Shown: in pieces, positions 23,451 to 35,066 of the stretch
Numbering within the stretch: position 1 is the stretch's first letter
How the letters are laid out: the number at the start of each line of letters is the position of its first letter
Assembly: GCA_010909165.1 (NCBI GenBank)
Contig: VJWM01000192.1
Location: forward strand, 186,001-250,000
Origin: Anthoceros angustus
Lineage: Eukaryota; Plantae; Anthocerotophyta
Direction of reading: 5' to 3'
DNA length: 64,000 nucleotides
Made by a program: the position numbers and the translations under genes
Notes under the pieces: model-generated
The model's database searches: none
What the model saw: the letters and a program-made list of their open reading frames with translations, nothing else
What the model was told of the DNA's origin: nothing

Positions 23451-25417
23451 TAGGAACAGGGATTGACGGGCGGAAATACACAGCTGCGGTGCGGAAGTTG
23501 AACAACCTATCATTTCAACACCAGTTCAAAATCACACGGGAAGACAAAGTCGGCCGCGGAAAGGTAATCGCATTCGTAAGCGATCTACCTCGCCATTGTG
23601 GGAATCAAGATGGGCTGGAGTTTTGTCTCATGTTCGACGCCATCGGCCCGACTTTGATGGCACCGGGCAAAAGACAAAAAGGAAGTGAGGCGGTCTTACG
23701 CACGTGAAGGCGTGGATCACTTGAAGAAAGGATTGATAAAGCTACCAACTTATTTGACTACTGCGGAGGAAGAATGGTGGACGGATTTCTGGAATGATCA
23801 AGTTGAAATCGCAAATATAGTAGACCATAACATTGGACTTGTCCTGCATAACCCCTGGAGATGGTACGACAGGGCAGCAGCTGAGGCACACGTTCCTCCA
23901 ATGTAGATATCGGAAGAAGCAGTATTGGATGAGGCTTTGTTGCGCGAAATACCACAAAGGGCCATGTACCTGGGGGCCTATCAAAGTATCGAACGCCAGG
24001 AGGAGGAAATGGAGAGGATGAATGGCAATATCCTGGAGATAGAGAAAGGAATGTTCATTGTGACGCCGTGTGAAGGCGACACACATATAGTCGGTAGCGA
24101 AGGTTGTTAATGTCCATCTCGCACCAACCCTATATACTTGTGCACGGTGGCGAGCGGACCACACCGACGCTTACGAGGGCAAATATGTTGGGGAGTATTT
24201 ACTGAGGAGTGAAATGGACAGAGAGCCACCTGCGAGAAGAAAAGCAGGGAAAGTGCAAAGACCTCCAAACATCCAAAAGCTGTTTGTGCAGAAAACCGTT
24301 ATAGTATACTATGGTTTTAAACTAACTTCCAGGAAACATCTGTACGCAGCGGATAAAAAAGCTATAAAGGAGAAGCTGAGTGCTCTCCGAATGCACCTCC
24401 AGCCATGCACTTCCAATGAGGCGATGGAGAGTGACAATGATGGTAATGACGTCATTGAAGGAGGGGGTGAGGGTCTCGATTCAGGAGAGGAGTAATGTCA
24501 TTAGTTTTGGATTTGGGAATAAGTGTGGAACAACTCCGCACCTAGTTTCATGATAACATGCCGCGACTGGATTATAGTTTCATGATAACATGCCGCGACA
24601 ATATATTACTTTCTCTTGAAATCTGTTTTGTTAAGACAAGCGTGTGACATCATGCGGCATTGAGTTCCTTCCAAACCTCGCCTTCTATTGTGGACATGCT
24701 CCGCCGCCGCAATACCATCCGGCATGTATGGTTGCCTTTCACTAGTGAAAATCCCCACATATATGACGACGAAGGCAGTGAGCATTGACCGCCTGTTTCA
24801 CAATCCACCACCGCATGTCGTAATCATGATCCAATAATGACGCTATCAATGTTGATGTAAACTTGATCCAACTCCACGGGTCAAGGCTGCATCTGGCGAT
24901 CACGCGCCGCATGCCAACGGTTAACATGCTCGTTCACGCTATAACATTATTTCAAAGACCGGGCAGATGGCACTCCTTAGTTCCAGGAATATGATTTCAA
25001 ACACAGTCATCGCCGCTACTGTTTCACAATGATTGGAATAAATGGCACCAGAAAATCCTGGAGGCAAGTATTTTGTACCCGCAAGGATAGGGAGCCAACA
25101 TGGTTATTATTCCTCGTAAGTCGCATGCTGCGAAAACGGTACCACCGTTCTACTAGTGGTCTGGTGGAAAGGAAGATGCCATGACTATGAGTTAAACCCG
25201 TTTTTTCAATGCGAATTTGGCAATTACATCCCAAACGGGGTATTCCGACAACCATCAAAAATACGCTTCCCAGTTTAAAGACCCTCGGAGCCGCTTGGTG
25301 TATATTCAGCCGCTTCAAATATTATGTTGTTCAAGACATTATCAATGTGCATGTACTACGGAGAATTCAAAGCAATATCAGATGTTGCTTTAAGACTGGC
25401 GCACTGTAAGCTGAAGT

Positions 25418-26060
25418 AGGCCTTTTGATGTTGTCCGCTTAAACACATCCGCATGTAGATTGCGCCCGGCGGTTGGCCGCCTGGAAGTGGGCGTTCGGCG
25501 ATGCTCTCCAGCTAGTAGTGGATCCTTGGTGTCTCCGCATTGGTGGCCTGACACACTCCTGCTACAAGTGCGCTAGTCGACCGGCACACTTGTACTAGGA
25601 GTGGATCACTTGAAGAAAGGATTGATAAAGCTACCAACTTATTTGACTCTGCGGAGGAAGAACCTACGTCGGCCGGCTCATTTCGGCTTTTGACTCATGC
25701 ACGACACTCAAAATGATGATACACGATGAAGGTGTCATCCTATCGATGTTGCTTTAAATCAACGTAAGGCCTTTTGATGTTGTCCGCTTAAACACATCCG
25801 CATGTAGATTGCGCCCGGCGGCCGACCGCGGAAGTGGGCGTTCGGCGATGCTCTCCGGCTAGTAGTGGATCCTTGGTGTCTCCGCATTGGTGGCTGACAC
25901 ACTCGCTACAAGTGCGTAGTCGACCGGCACACTTGTACTGGAGAGTGGGCCATCGATCTCGCAACTAATAATGCACTAGCGAATGCACCTACCAGCTCAT
26001 TTCGCTTGACTCATACCGACACTCAAAATGATGATACACGATGAAGGTGTCATCCTATCG
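25418..26060. repeat. ~350-bp tandem duplication
   Basis: ggccttttgatgttgtccgcttaaacacatccgcatgtagattgcgcccggcgg near 25420 and 25768. Confidence 0.85.
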
Positions 26061-26399
26061 GAGTGTAATGTCGGTGTGACGATACATGATAAAGGTGTCA
26101 TCCTGTCGGAGTGAAATGTCTAATTTTTTTGCAGACCAGAGACAGAGATTTGCAAATAAGAAAAAAACAATGTCAAGTGAAAATAGATGTCTCGGCCATT
26201 CCAACTTACGCTAGGGGTGTTCAATACCCACAAAAACGTACATGTGTTTCTATGATAGGCTTTTCTCCAAATATTGTGATGGGATAGTCTACTGTTATAT
26301 GCCCGGCAACCCATTTCAGCAGAATCCGCCTACTTTGCACAGACAATGCCATTTCACAAAACTGCCAAGGGGATTCCTTCATGGGACAGAGCGTAGCCT

Positions 26400-27100
26400 A
26401 TGGTACATGAAACCGAGGTGCAAGGAACTTTGGACATTGTACAAGTGTGAAGTTGGGCCTTCTGACCCTATACGAGTATGAAGTTGAGCCTTCTACTGTA
26501 AAGCTCTCATTGGGTGAGAGCTTTGGAGTAGGCACTTCGATAGTGCACAGGATTGTGAGGAGGTTCGTGACCGCAATCATTTACAAATGTGGTGCACATC
26601 TATGTTGGCCAACAGGAGATGTAAAGCTTGGAGCTGGAGAAGATCTTCTAGCATGGTTTGGAAGGTACAAGGCATATATATACTGCGGCCATGCAGACCA
26701 TAGTAGGGCCAACAAAAATTTTTCTAGACATCTCTACAAGCTAGCCAGGAAGCTTAACAGATCAAAGAATACTAGCTAATAGTGTGTTTTATGGTCTAGT
26801 AAATTCAGGGCATGGTTTGAATGGACCAAGTGTCCGACTGTGAGGAACAGATGTGGGAGTATACATCATAGGCGACTCCGACTATTTTACATTAACATGG
26901 ATGATCTCAGCAATACTAAGCTATGGCTTAGAGGAGAAAGTTGATAGATTCAACTACCAGCTGTCATCCACCCGCATGGTTGCTGAGCAAGCTTTTAGCC
27001 GACTGAAAGTTGTTTTCCAAAAACTCGGACGAAAGACATGGCGTGGCAACCTTCTCGTCTCTCAACAGACAGCGAAAGAAGGCGGAAGAAGGCTTCCCAA
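26400..27100 (+). pseudogene. PIF/Harbinger (DDE_Tnp_4-type) transposase remnant
   Basis: LGESFGVGTSIVHRIVRRFVTAI (HTH) and IIGDSDY.L.W...FNYQLSSTRMVAEQAFSRLK. Confidence 0.8.
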
Positions 27101-27372
27101 CATTTTTTTATTTGAGGAGGAGGCCACAAATATTCGTGGGAGGCCGAGACGGTCGGGCGTTCTGGGGTTAACGACGAACTAATGATGTTCCACAAGGAGA
27201 GAGATTCATTCGATTCTATTGATCTCCACTACGATGTGAGGTGGATTAGTGTTAGCGCTCTATGTCCATGTCTGTTTGGACGTAACCAAGCGCTTTCACC
27301 CCGAGAGCGAAAAGCAATAATATTCTCTGGCGTGCACACTTCGGCACTGGCCACCTAGTTTTTCATTTTTTC

Positions 27373-30300
27373 TCACGGTCGACCCTTACAACTGCAACAA
27401 CCAGCTGCGAATCGATGCACACGGTACCCATCCCTCACAACAATGTCTCTCTGTTCAAGCCTTGACATTATCTCCGTGGAACTGTGGCAATCACTGCACA
27501 TGCGTAGATTCTTGGTTACCATCAGTGGTGTCCCACTCGGAGTGTTCAAGAGCCCAAACGCCAGAGCTAGCTTCTCAGCATGCCCACAAAGCACATCTTC
27601 CTTTTCCTTCTCAGACATTGGCTTCAACACTAACTTTGTGTGAGGTACGTAGCCTCCTTCCTGCTTCAGACGTGCACTCGTTCTCTCTACCTGAAGGGCA
27701 ATATCCTCACTTCTTTCTCCCACCACAAATCTATGTACTTCCTTATTCACCTCAATGGTTGCCACTGCAGGTTTCTTGTTAGCTCCTGCTACCTTTCTCT
27801 GTGTTTCAATCCTGTCTACATCGGTCCACCTACCTGCATCTGCATAGGCATTGGCCATGAGCACATAGGCGCCTCCTGGGGGTCCAGCCTAACAATGCTT
27901 TCAAAACACCACCTTGCCCTCTCTATATCTCCGTGACTTTTGCAGGCATTCAACAAGGACTTAAATCCCACAACATTACTACACATGATAAGCAACAGCA
28001 TCTTCTGTGCCTCATCTAAATGGCCTGCACGCCCAAGAAGATCAATCATGCAATTGTAATGCTCAATAGTAGGTTTGATGCCATGCTGTTCAGCCATGGA
28101 ATCAAAGTGCTGACCTCGGACCAGTCCCCATGACTGCATGCTACTAAAAGGCAAGTAAAAGTAGCATCATTAGGCTGAATACCGGCAACCAACATCTCCT
28201 CAAAACAAGCTAGTGCCTTGTGACCTTCATCACAAGTACCATACCCAGATATCAGGGCAGTCCATGTCACCACATCTTTTGTATTCATGCTGTCAAAAAC
28301 CTGGCGTGCGTCTTCCACTTCCCCACATTTTACATACATGTCCACCAGGCAGTTGCCCACCACTACATTATCCATCAGTCCTCTCTCCACAATCTGTGAG
28401 TGCAGCTGCCTTCCCTTCTGTAAGGAACCAGTGCTTGCACAGGCTTTCAGAAGGCAAGCAAAAGTAGAAGGGTTGGCCAAAATGAGGCCTTCTTTTTCCA
28501 TTTGTTCATACACAACAAACGCCTCTTGGCAGAGTCCTTGCTGTGCATACCCACATTTTGCATACATGTCCACCAGGCAGTTGCCCAAGACTATATCATC
28601 CAGCAGTCCTCTTTTGACAATCTGTGAGTGCAGCTGCCTGCCCTTCTCTATGGCACCAGTGCTTGTACAGGCATTCAGAAGGCAAGCAAAGGTAACATGG
28701 TCAGCCAAAACCAGGCCCTCCTCCTCCATTTGTCCATACACAACAAGCGCCTCTTGGCCGAGTCCTTGCTGTGCATACCCAGCAATCAGGGCATTCCATG
28801 TCACCACATCCTTTCTGGCCATGCTGTCAAAACCTGGCGTGCATCTTCCAGTTCACCACATTTTGCATACATGTCCACCAGGCAGTTGCCCACCACTACG
28901 TTATCCAGCAGTCCTCTTCCACAATCTGTGAGTGCAGCTGCCTGCCCTTCTGTAAGGCACCAGTGCTTGCACAGGCCTTCAGAAGGCAAGCAAAAGTAAC
29001 ATGGTCAGCCAAAATCAGGCCCTCCTCCTCCATTTGTCCATACACAACAAGCGCCTCTGGCCGAGTCCTTGCTGTGCATACCCAGCAATCAGGGCATTCC
29101 ATGTCACCACATCCTTTGTGGCCATGCTGTCAAAACCTGGCGTGCATCTTCCAGTTCACCACATTTTGCATACATGTCCACCAGGCAGTTGCCCACCACT
29201 ACGTTATCCAGCAGTCCTCTTCCACAATCTGTGAGTGCAGCTGCCTGCCCTTCTGTAAGGCACCAGTGCTTGCACAGGCCTTCAGAAGGCAAGCAAAAGT
29301 AACATGGTCAGCCAAAATCAGGCCCTCCTCCTCCATTTGTCCATACACAACAAGCGCCTCTGGCCGAGTCCTTGCTGTGCATACCCAGCAATCAGGGCAT
29401 TCCATGTCACCACATCCTTTGTGGCCATGCTGTCAAAACCTGGCGTGCATCTTCCAGTTCACCACATTTTGCATACATGTCCACCAGGCAGTTGCCCACA
29501 CTACGTTATCCAGCAGTCCTCTTCCACAATCTGTGAGTGCAGCTGCCTGCCCTTCTGTAAGGCACCAGTGCTTGCACAGGCCTTCAGAAGGCAAGCAAAA
29601 GTAACATGGTCAGCCAAAATGAGGCCCTCCTGCTCCATTTGTCCATACACAACAAGCGCCTCTTGGCGAGTCCTTGCTGCATACCCAGATATCAGGGCAT
29701 TCCATGTCACCACATCCTTTGTGTTCATGCTGTCAAAACCTGGCGTGCATCTTCCAGTTCACCACATTTTGCATACATGTCCACCAGGCAGTTGCCCACC
29801 ACTACGTTATCCAGCAGTCCTCTTTCACAATCTGTGAGTGCAGCTGCCTGCCCTTCTGTAAGGCACCAGTGCACAGGCCTTCAGAAGGCAAGCAAAAGTA
29901 ACATGGTCAGCCAAAATGAGGCCCTCCTCCATTTGTCCATACACAACAAGCGCCTCTTGGCCAAGTCAAAACCTGGCGTGCATCCACATTTTGCATACAT
30001 GTCCACCAGGCAGTTGCCAACACTATATCATCCAGCAGTCCTCTTTGACAATCTGTGAGTGCAGCTGCCTGCCCTTCTGTAAGGCACCAGTGCTTGCACA
30101 GGCCTTCAGAAGGCAAGCAAAAGTAACATGGTCAGCCAAAATAGAGCCCGCATTCTCCATTTGTCCATACACAACAAGCGCCTCCTGACCGAGTCCTTGC
30201 TGTGCATACCCAGCTATCAGGGCATTCCATGTCACCACATCCTTGGTGGCCATGCTGTCAAAAACGTGGCGTGCCTCTTTCATTTTGCCACATTTTGCAT

Positions 30301-31770
30301 ACATGTCCACCAGGCAGTTGCCCACACTACGTTATCCAGCAGTCCTCTTTCACAATCTGTGAGTGCAGCTGCCTGCCCTTCTGTAAGGCACCAGTGCTTG
30401 CACAGGCCTTCAGAAGGCAAGCAAAAGTAACATGGTCAGCCAAAATCAGGCCCTCCTGCTCCATTTGTCCATACACAACAAGCGCCTCTTGGCGAGTCCT
30501 TGCTGTGCATACCCAGCAATCAGGGCATTCCATGTCACCACATCCTTTGTGGCCATGCTGTCAAAAACCTGGCGTGCATCTTTCAGTTGCCACATTTTGC
30601 ATACATGTCCACCAGGCAGTTGCCAACAAACAAGTTAGTAGGAATGCCACTCTGCACCACATCACGGTGCACTTTTCTGCCAGATTCCAAGTCGGCAGCA
30701 AATGCACAAGCTTGAAGGGCAGCTACAAAGACGTGAGCATCCGCCTTCACTCCTGACCTACGCATCTCATGGTACAGTTGTATGGCCTCATTAGGTTTCC
30801 CCTGCTTAGCATGTGCAGAGATGATGGAAGACCACATGAAGGCATCTGGTTTCCCCACCCTGGTGAACACATCCATGGCCTCCTCTAGCCTACCTCCACA
30901 TGCATACATGCGCAAGATATGGTTCCCCAAGTATGCACTCGACTCGTACCCAAGTTTGGCAGTGAGATCATGAACTCGTCGCCCCACAACCAAATCCTTC
31001 TTAGCTGTACACAGTTTTAGCACAGTGTACAACAGAGACTGAGAAACAGCAGAGTCTGTCTGCGCCAGAGATTCCAGGGCTCCAACGGCCTCAGAAAGCT
31101 TTCCCTGCTGACATAACGTGCTCACGGTAACAGCCGTAACGACGCCCATTTCCGATCCTGCACGCCTCCCAGGTTCAGGCTTATCCTGAGAGCTGTACTC
31201 GGAATGAGAGGCACCATGGCCCATCGGACGTGGAACTGCTGGGCTCCTTACACTGCTGAAGCTGGAGCCCAGTTCCGTACCTGCACGCCTTCCAGGTTCA
31301 GGATTACCTGGTGCGCTCGACTTGGAAGGAGAGGCACCGTGACCCATGTGCATATCCAAGGAAACGAGCTGCTCATCAACCCAAGCTGGCTTCAACATGT
31401 TGTTTAACCACAGCACCTCGCCGGACCCCTTACGCCGGAAGTCAGGGGACCGGGAGCTCTTGTTATCTCGTCTCTTGTCCCACCACAGGGTAGGGTCCAG
31501 AAAAAATTGATGCCACAAGTGCTCCTGCTCCTGGCAAAGACCATCGCTGGAAAACCCGTCCCTACCCACACAATCTCTCAGATGTTGAAGTGCTGGGCTC
31601 CTTACACTGCTGCACCTGGAGGCTTTGCTTGCCAGGGGTCGATTCCCTAAGATAAGGTTAGCAGGAGCTCCTCGCAGAATCCCTCTACACACACCAATTT
31701 GTTGGGTCCCGCTTGAAAGCCAATGCACAGCAAAGAGAAGAAAAGAAGCTTCAGCCTTCGCTGTTGCCAT
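27373..31770 (-). CDS. PLS-class PPR protein, about 30 motifs, E1/E2 and DYW:KP (GRP-type) domain, N-terminal OSB-type PDF motif; frameshifts probably assembly errors
   Basis: P (VVTWNALIAGYAQQGLGQEAL), L (HVTFACLLKACASTG) and S (GNCLVDMYAKCG) triplets; KKPAVATIEV, HAEKLA, CSDCH, terminal CSCKGRP*. ATG at 31770; an upstream exon near 31850-32040 is possible. Confidence 0.9.
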
Positions 31771-34089
31771 CGTTCAGGGACCGCTGACGGAGGTGCATGG
31801 ACAAGACTAGGCCGCTCTCAAACGGGTCCTCGCTACGCCCACTGACCCACAGCCTCCACAGCAGCCAGGCCAGGGTTGGTGGACGGACCTGGACGGTGAA
31901 TGAGAGTGCGTACAAAGCTGCTGGACAGCGGGCAGGTCTTGAGCTGTGCTCAGGACCTGGGAAATTACCCTGCGGAAGAGCAAGGCTGCAGAGGACTTCA
32001 ATAAAATTCTTCCTTTCTTCTACCACACCGGATCCCATCACAACTCCGCAGACAAGCGCCCTCGGGCCGGATGGCTACCGGGATGGGTGAACTCCCGAGA
32101 AGTCTCGGTGTTGCAACCTCTTTTCTGTTTTTCTCTCCTCGTTTCTTTTATCCTTTCTTCCTTTCTTTGGTCTCCCTACTTAGATACTTTACTTGGTCGG
32201 TATCTTATTACTCTTTTAAGTACAATGCATGAAGACCACCTTTTTCTTTCATGAATTATTTCATTCACTCACCATTTTATGGCCTTCCTCCATTATGGCC
32301 ACCTTTCAAAAGATGATATATGAAAGTTTATACGATCCACAAACCTGGTACCCAATATATATTGCATTATAACAAATAGGATAGTATTATATCTATATAG
32401 AAATAAACTCTATATAAAATATTATAGTAATTATATTTATATACAAATAAATTATACAATAATTATATTTATAAAAATACAAAAAATATAATAATAAATA
32501 TATCTATACAAAAATAAATCTGTCCATATAAGCTAAAAGGTATCTCAGCTGCCCAGAGGAACACCACCTATTAACACACCAATTTGTCCTTGTCTGATCT
32601 AGAGAAACGATATCCACATGAGCTCCTGCAACACCTCAAGCTCTATGTCTTTTTCTCTTGTCTCAAATCACATTCTTTCGTCTTCCTCCTTCTCTAAGCT
32701 TTGCTTCTGTTCCGTTTGCTCAAGTGCCTGTGTCAAATTTGCTTTGCTTGATGAAACTCATAGAGGATTTATGAGCAGGGCCCCCATACCCGATCAACAT
32801 GATCGATTCCTAGTAGAGGTTGGAAGAATGTCTACATACCACTGGCAATGACCTTGAAGCGCAAGGTCGCTACTCAATAGCTGTGACTTCGACGCCTAAG
32901 GAACCTCACAGCTCTATCTATGTCACACTCCCTATACGTGTCTTCATCATATTGTCCCTACTCGACGGTTGTGACTCCGAATGGACGGGTGTGACTTTGA
33001 GGCCTAAGGAACCCCACAGCTCTATCTATGTCCCACTTCCTATATTTGTCTCCATCAAATTGTGTTGTAACATCATTCCGTTATCTTTCTTTTTCTTCCT
33101 AATACTTGAGCTTGTTCTCATTAGTGGTCGCATTTTTCCTTAAATCTATTGGTTCAGTTAAGAGTATTTATTTATCATTTCTATAAGGCAATTAAAATCA
33201 TGTAAGAGTGTGGTTGAGGATAACGCGACCTTGGAAAATTGTGAAACTTGGAGCATTTGTCTTTCCCATATGGAAATTGGTAGCATTACACACGTCCAAG
33301 CTTGCAATCATCATTTCGCATAAATAATATCCATCTTTGGGCTAGCCGTGGCCGTACTACATGTCTTGTATGTAGATGGCCGGCAGATGAGCCTCTACTT
33401 CTTTTTACACGTGTAGATGAGCCTGTTATTTCGACAACAATATATGGGTTTTACATCGATATTTTAACATTTGAGCGTATTCAGTTTGAAGGATACATTA
33501 TCAGAAAATATGTTTTTAGGAAGATCTTGCTGCCTTGGGGGCTAATGTTAATGTTGCGTCGCCAGCTGCTTCAGCATTGAGTAAATGCAAGGCAGCCAAG
33601 GTGAAACGCAATGCAGCTATTAATTAAGAGTGATCGTGCTAATCTAGTGGCCATGACACCTAAATTGGAGATTATGAAGAAGGGAAAGGCTGCAGCCTTG
33701 CAAGTGAATGCCTTTAGTACAAAAAAGGCAAAATCTACTGGATTGGGGGCAGAGGTAGAAGTGCTGCAAAGCAAGATCAGTGCCATGAGTGCTTCATGTT
33801 CCAGGCCTAACACCCCTAACCTTGCCTTTACTGTAGCTATAGCTAATGCACAAGCTACTGTTACAAAAACACTTTGGGCATCTGGGAATGTAGGAGGTGC
33901 GCTAACAATGGTGATGCTAGCATCACCTAAATTGGATGCCGCTACTGCTAGAGTTTCACCCACTATTTCAACAACGGTGATTCTTGTGATGGGTTTCTAC
34001 ATTTGAGAAAAAGAATTCTCCACTTAAAGCATCGATAAGATTAAAGCCGTTAACATGATCCAATCTGTAATTGTTGGCAAGCTTGTCAA

Positions 34090-34270
34090 AAACTAATTGT
34101 AAAATTTAAAAATGTAGCCACGATCAACCTTCAACGCTTCCAAGAACTTAGCAACCACCTCGTTGTCGGTTATGCTCTTGGTGTCCTCCCTAAGCTGAAG
34201 AATGCGCCTATACATCATCTGCAGAGTTTCTCCCTTCAAACGCTTGAATTTCAGACGCTCAAATTCTTAC
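34090..34270 (-). pseudogene. Retrotransposon gag-like remnant
   Basis: EFERLKFKRLKGETLQMMYRRILQL / DTKSITDNEVVAKFLEALK across one frameshift. Confidence 0.4.
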
Positions 34271-34990
34271 CAACTAACAACAAAGGCAAACTCACCTCAA
34301 GATCTCACACTTTGAAGCTATCATGTGAATTTGCTCCATTCACTTAGTGCTTAATAACAAGCAGCTGAAAGTCTTACAACGCCATGGAAGCATATCTCTC
34401 TCTAAGATCTCTTGAATGTGGCAATAAACAACAAGGCATAGGAAGACAATATACCACTCCTTACGGTCTCTCCTTACGGTCTAAAGGAGAATCTTGTCAC
34501 AAAGAGGAACAATGAGACTCTCAATGGAGGATTTAAGGCCAAATAAACAAGATTATACAAAATATTGGGTACAGGTTGTCTCCCCATTTGATTACCATGA
34601 AAAGCAGGCATTTGACGGTTGCTAGTATTTGGATCTCAAGTCATCTTCTCCGTCTCCGCGTTGAAAAGAATATGCCCTCAAATAGCCTATCCTGTATCGT
34701 TAAAACTACATCAAGATTTAATCCATTGAGGATGAGAATCTTTATTTCGTACAATAGGGGCGTTAAGGTTGGGTTGGACGATGAATCGGGAATCCCGTTT
34801 AGGGTGCGAAATAGGTTCGGTGTCCCCATCCGGGACGCGCCAGACGAGACCCGTTTGGTGCAAGTCGGGAGCGCCGATTTATATTATTGAGTTCCCGTCT
34901 CCTCGGTCGTTGGCGCCCGCGGGATCGGGCCCGCACAAACTTCCTCGTTCTTGATTAGGCCCGTTTACATAAAACGACCTCGCTCAAAGC

Positions 34991-35066
34991 GTTTCCCGTT
35001 TCCCCGTTTCCCCGTTTCCCCGTTTCCCCGTTTCCGCGTTTCCCCGTTTCCCCGTTTCCCGTTTTT
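34991..35066. repeat. 8-bp tandem repeat (GTTTCCCC)n, about 9 copies
   Basis: Directly visible; the minus strand is (GGGGAAAC)n. Confidence 0.95.

Larger units (their letters stand above)
19330..24495 (+). pseudogene. Sola-like (DUF7869-type) DDE transposase, intron-containing, central part duplicated
   Basis: CCNKLCIPKF, YFLRLWAQNFKRVKIPKSNRFSTCSLC, LLSIDGMDQKKTSLP, VLYLQLDNTCRENKNQ, VGF.LVGHT..IDQMFSCFSKHL. Confidence 0.7.
15505..24940. mobile_element. Sola-like DDE DNA transposon with two divergent genes; ends approximate
   Basis: Plus-strand transposase, minus-strand cargo gene, a shared GCCGGCATGCCGGC-type motif throughout, and weak candidate TIRs at 15505-15523 and 24920-24937 (about 14/19 identity). 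Confidence 0.55.

Noticed and set aside
31807-32001. Transit-peptide-like upstream exon for the PPR gene with a fitting 135-bp intron
   Set aside because: The frame begins at TTG with an upstream stop; it needs an unverified indel to reach an ATG, so it was not added to the gene model.
33571-34006. 130-aa ORFs on both strands
   Set aside because: No recognisable domain; probably part of the decayed retroelement nearby.
34991-35066. Interstitial telomere interpretation of the 8-mer array
   Set aside because: Unit GGGGAAAC does not have the T-rich/G-rich same-strand form of plant TTTAGGG repeats.
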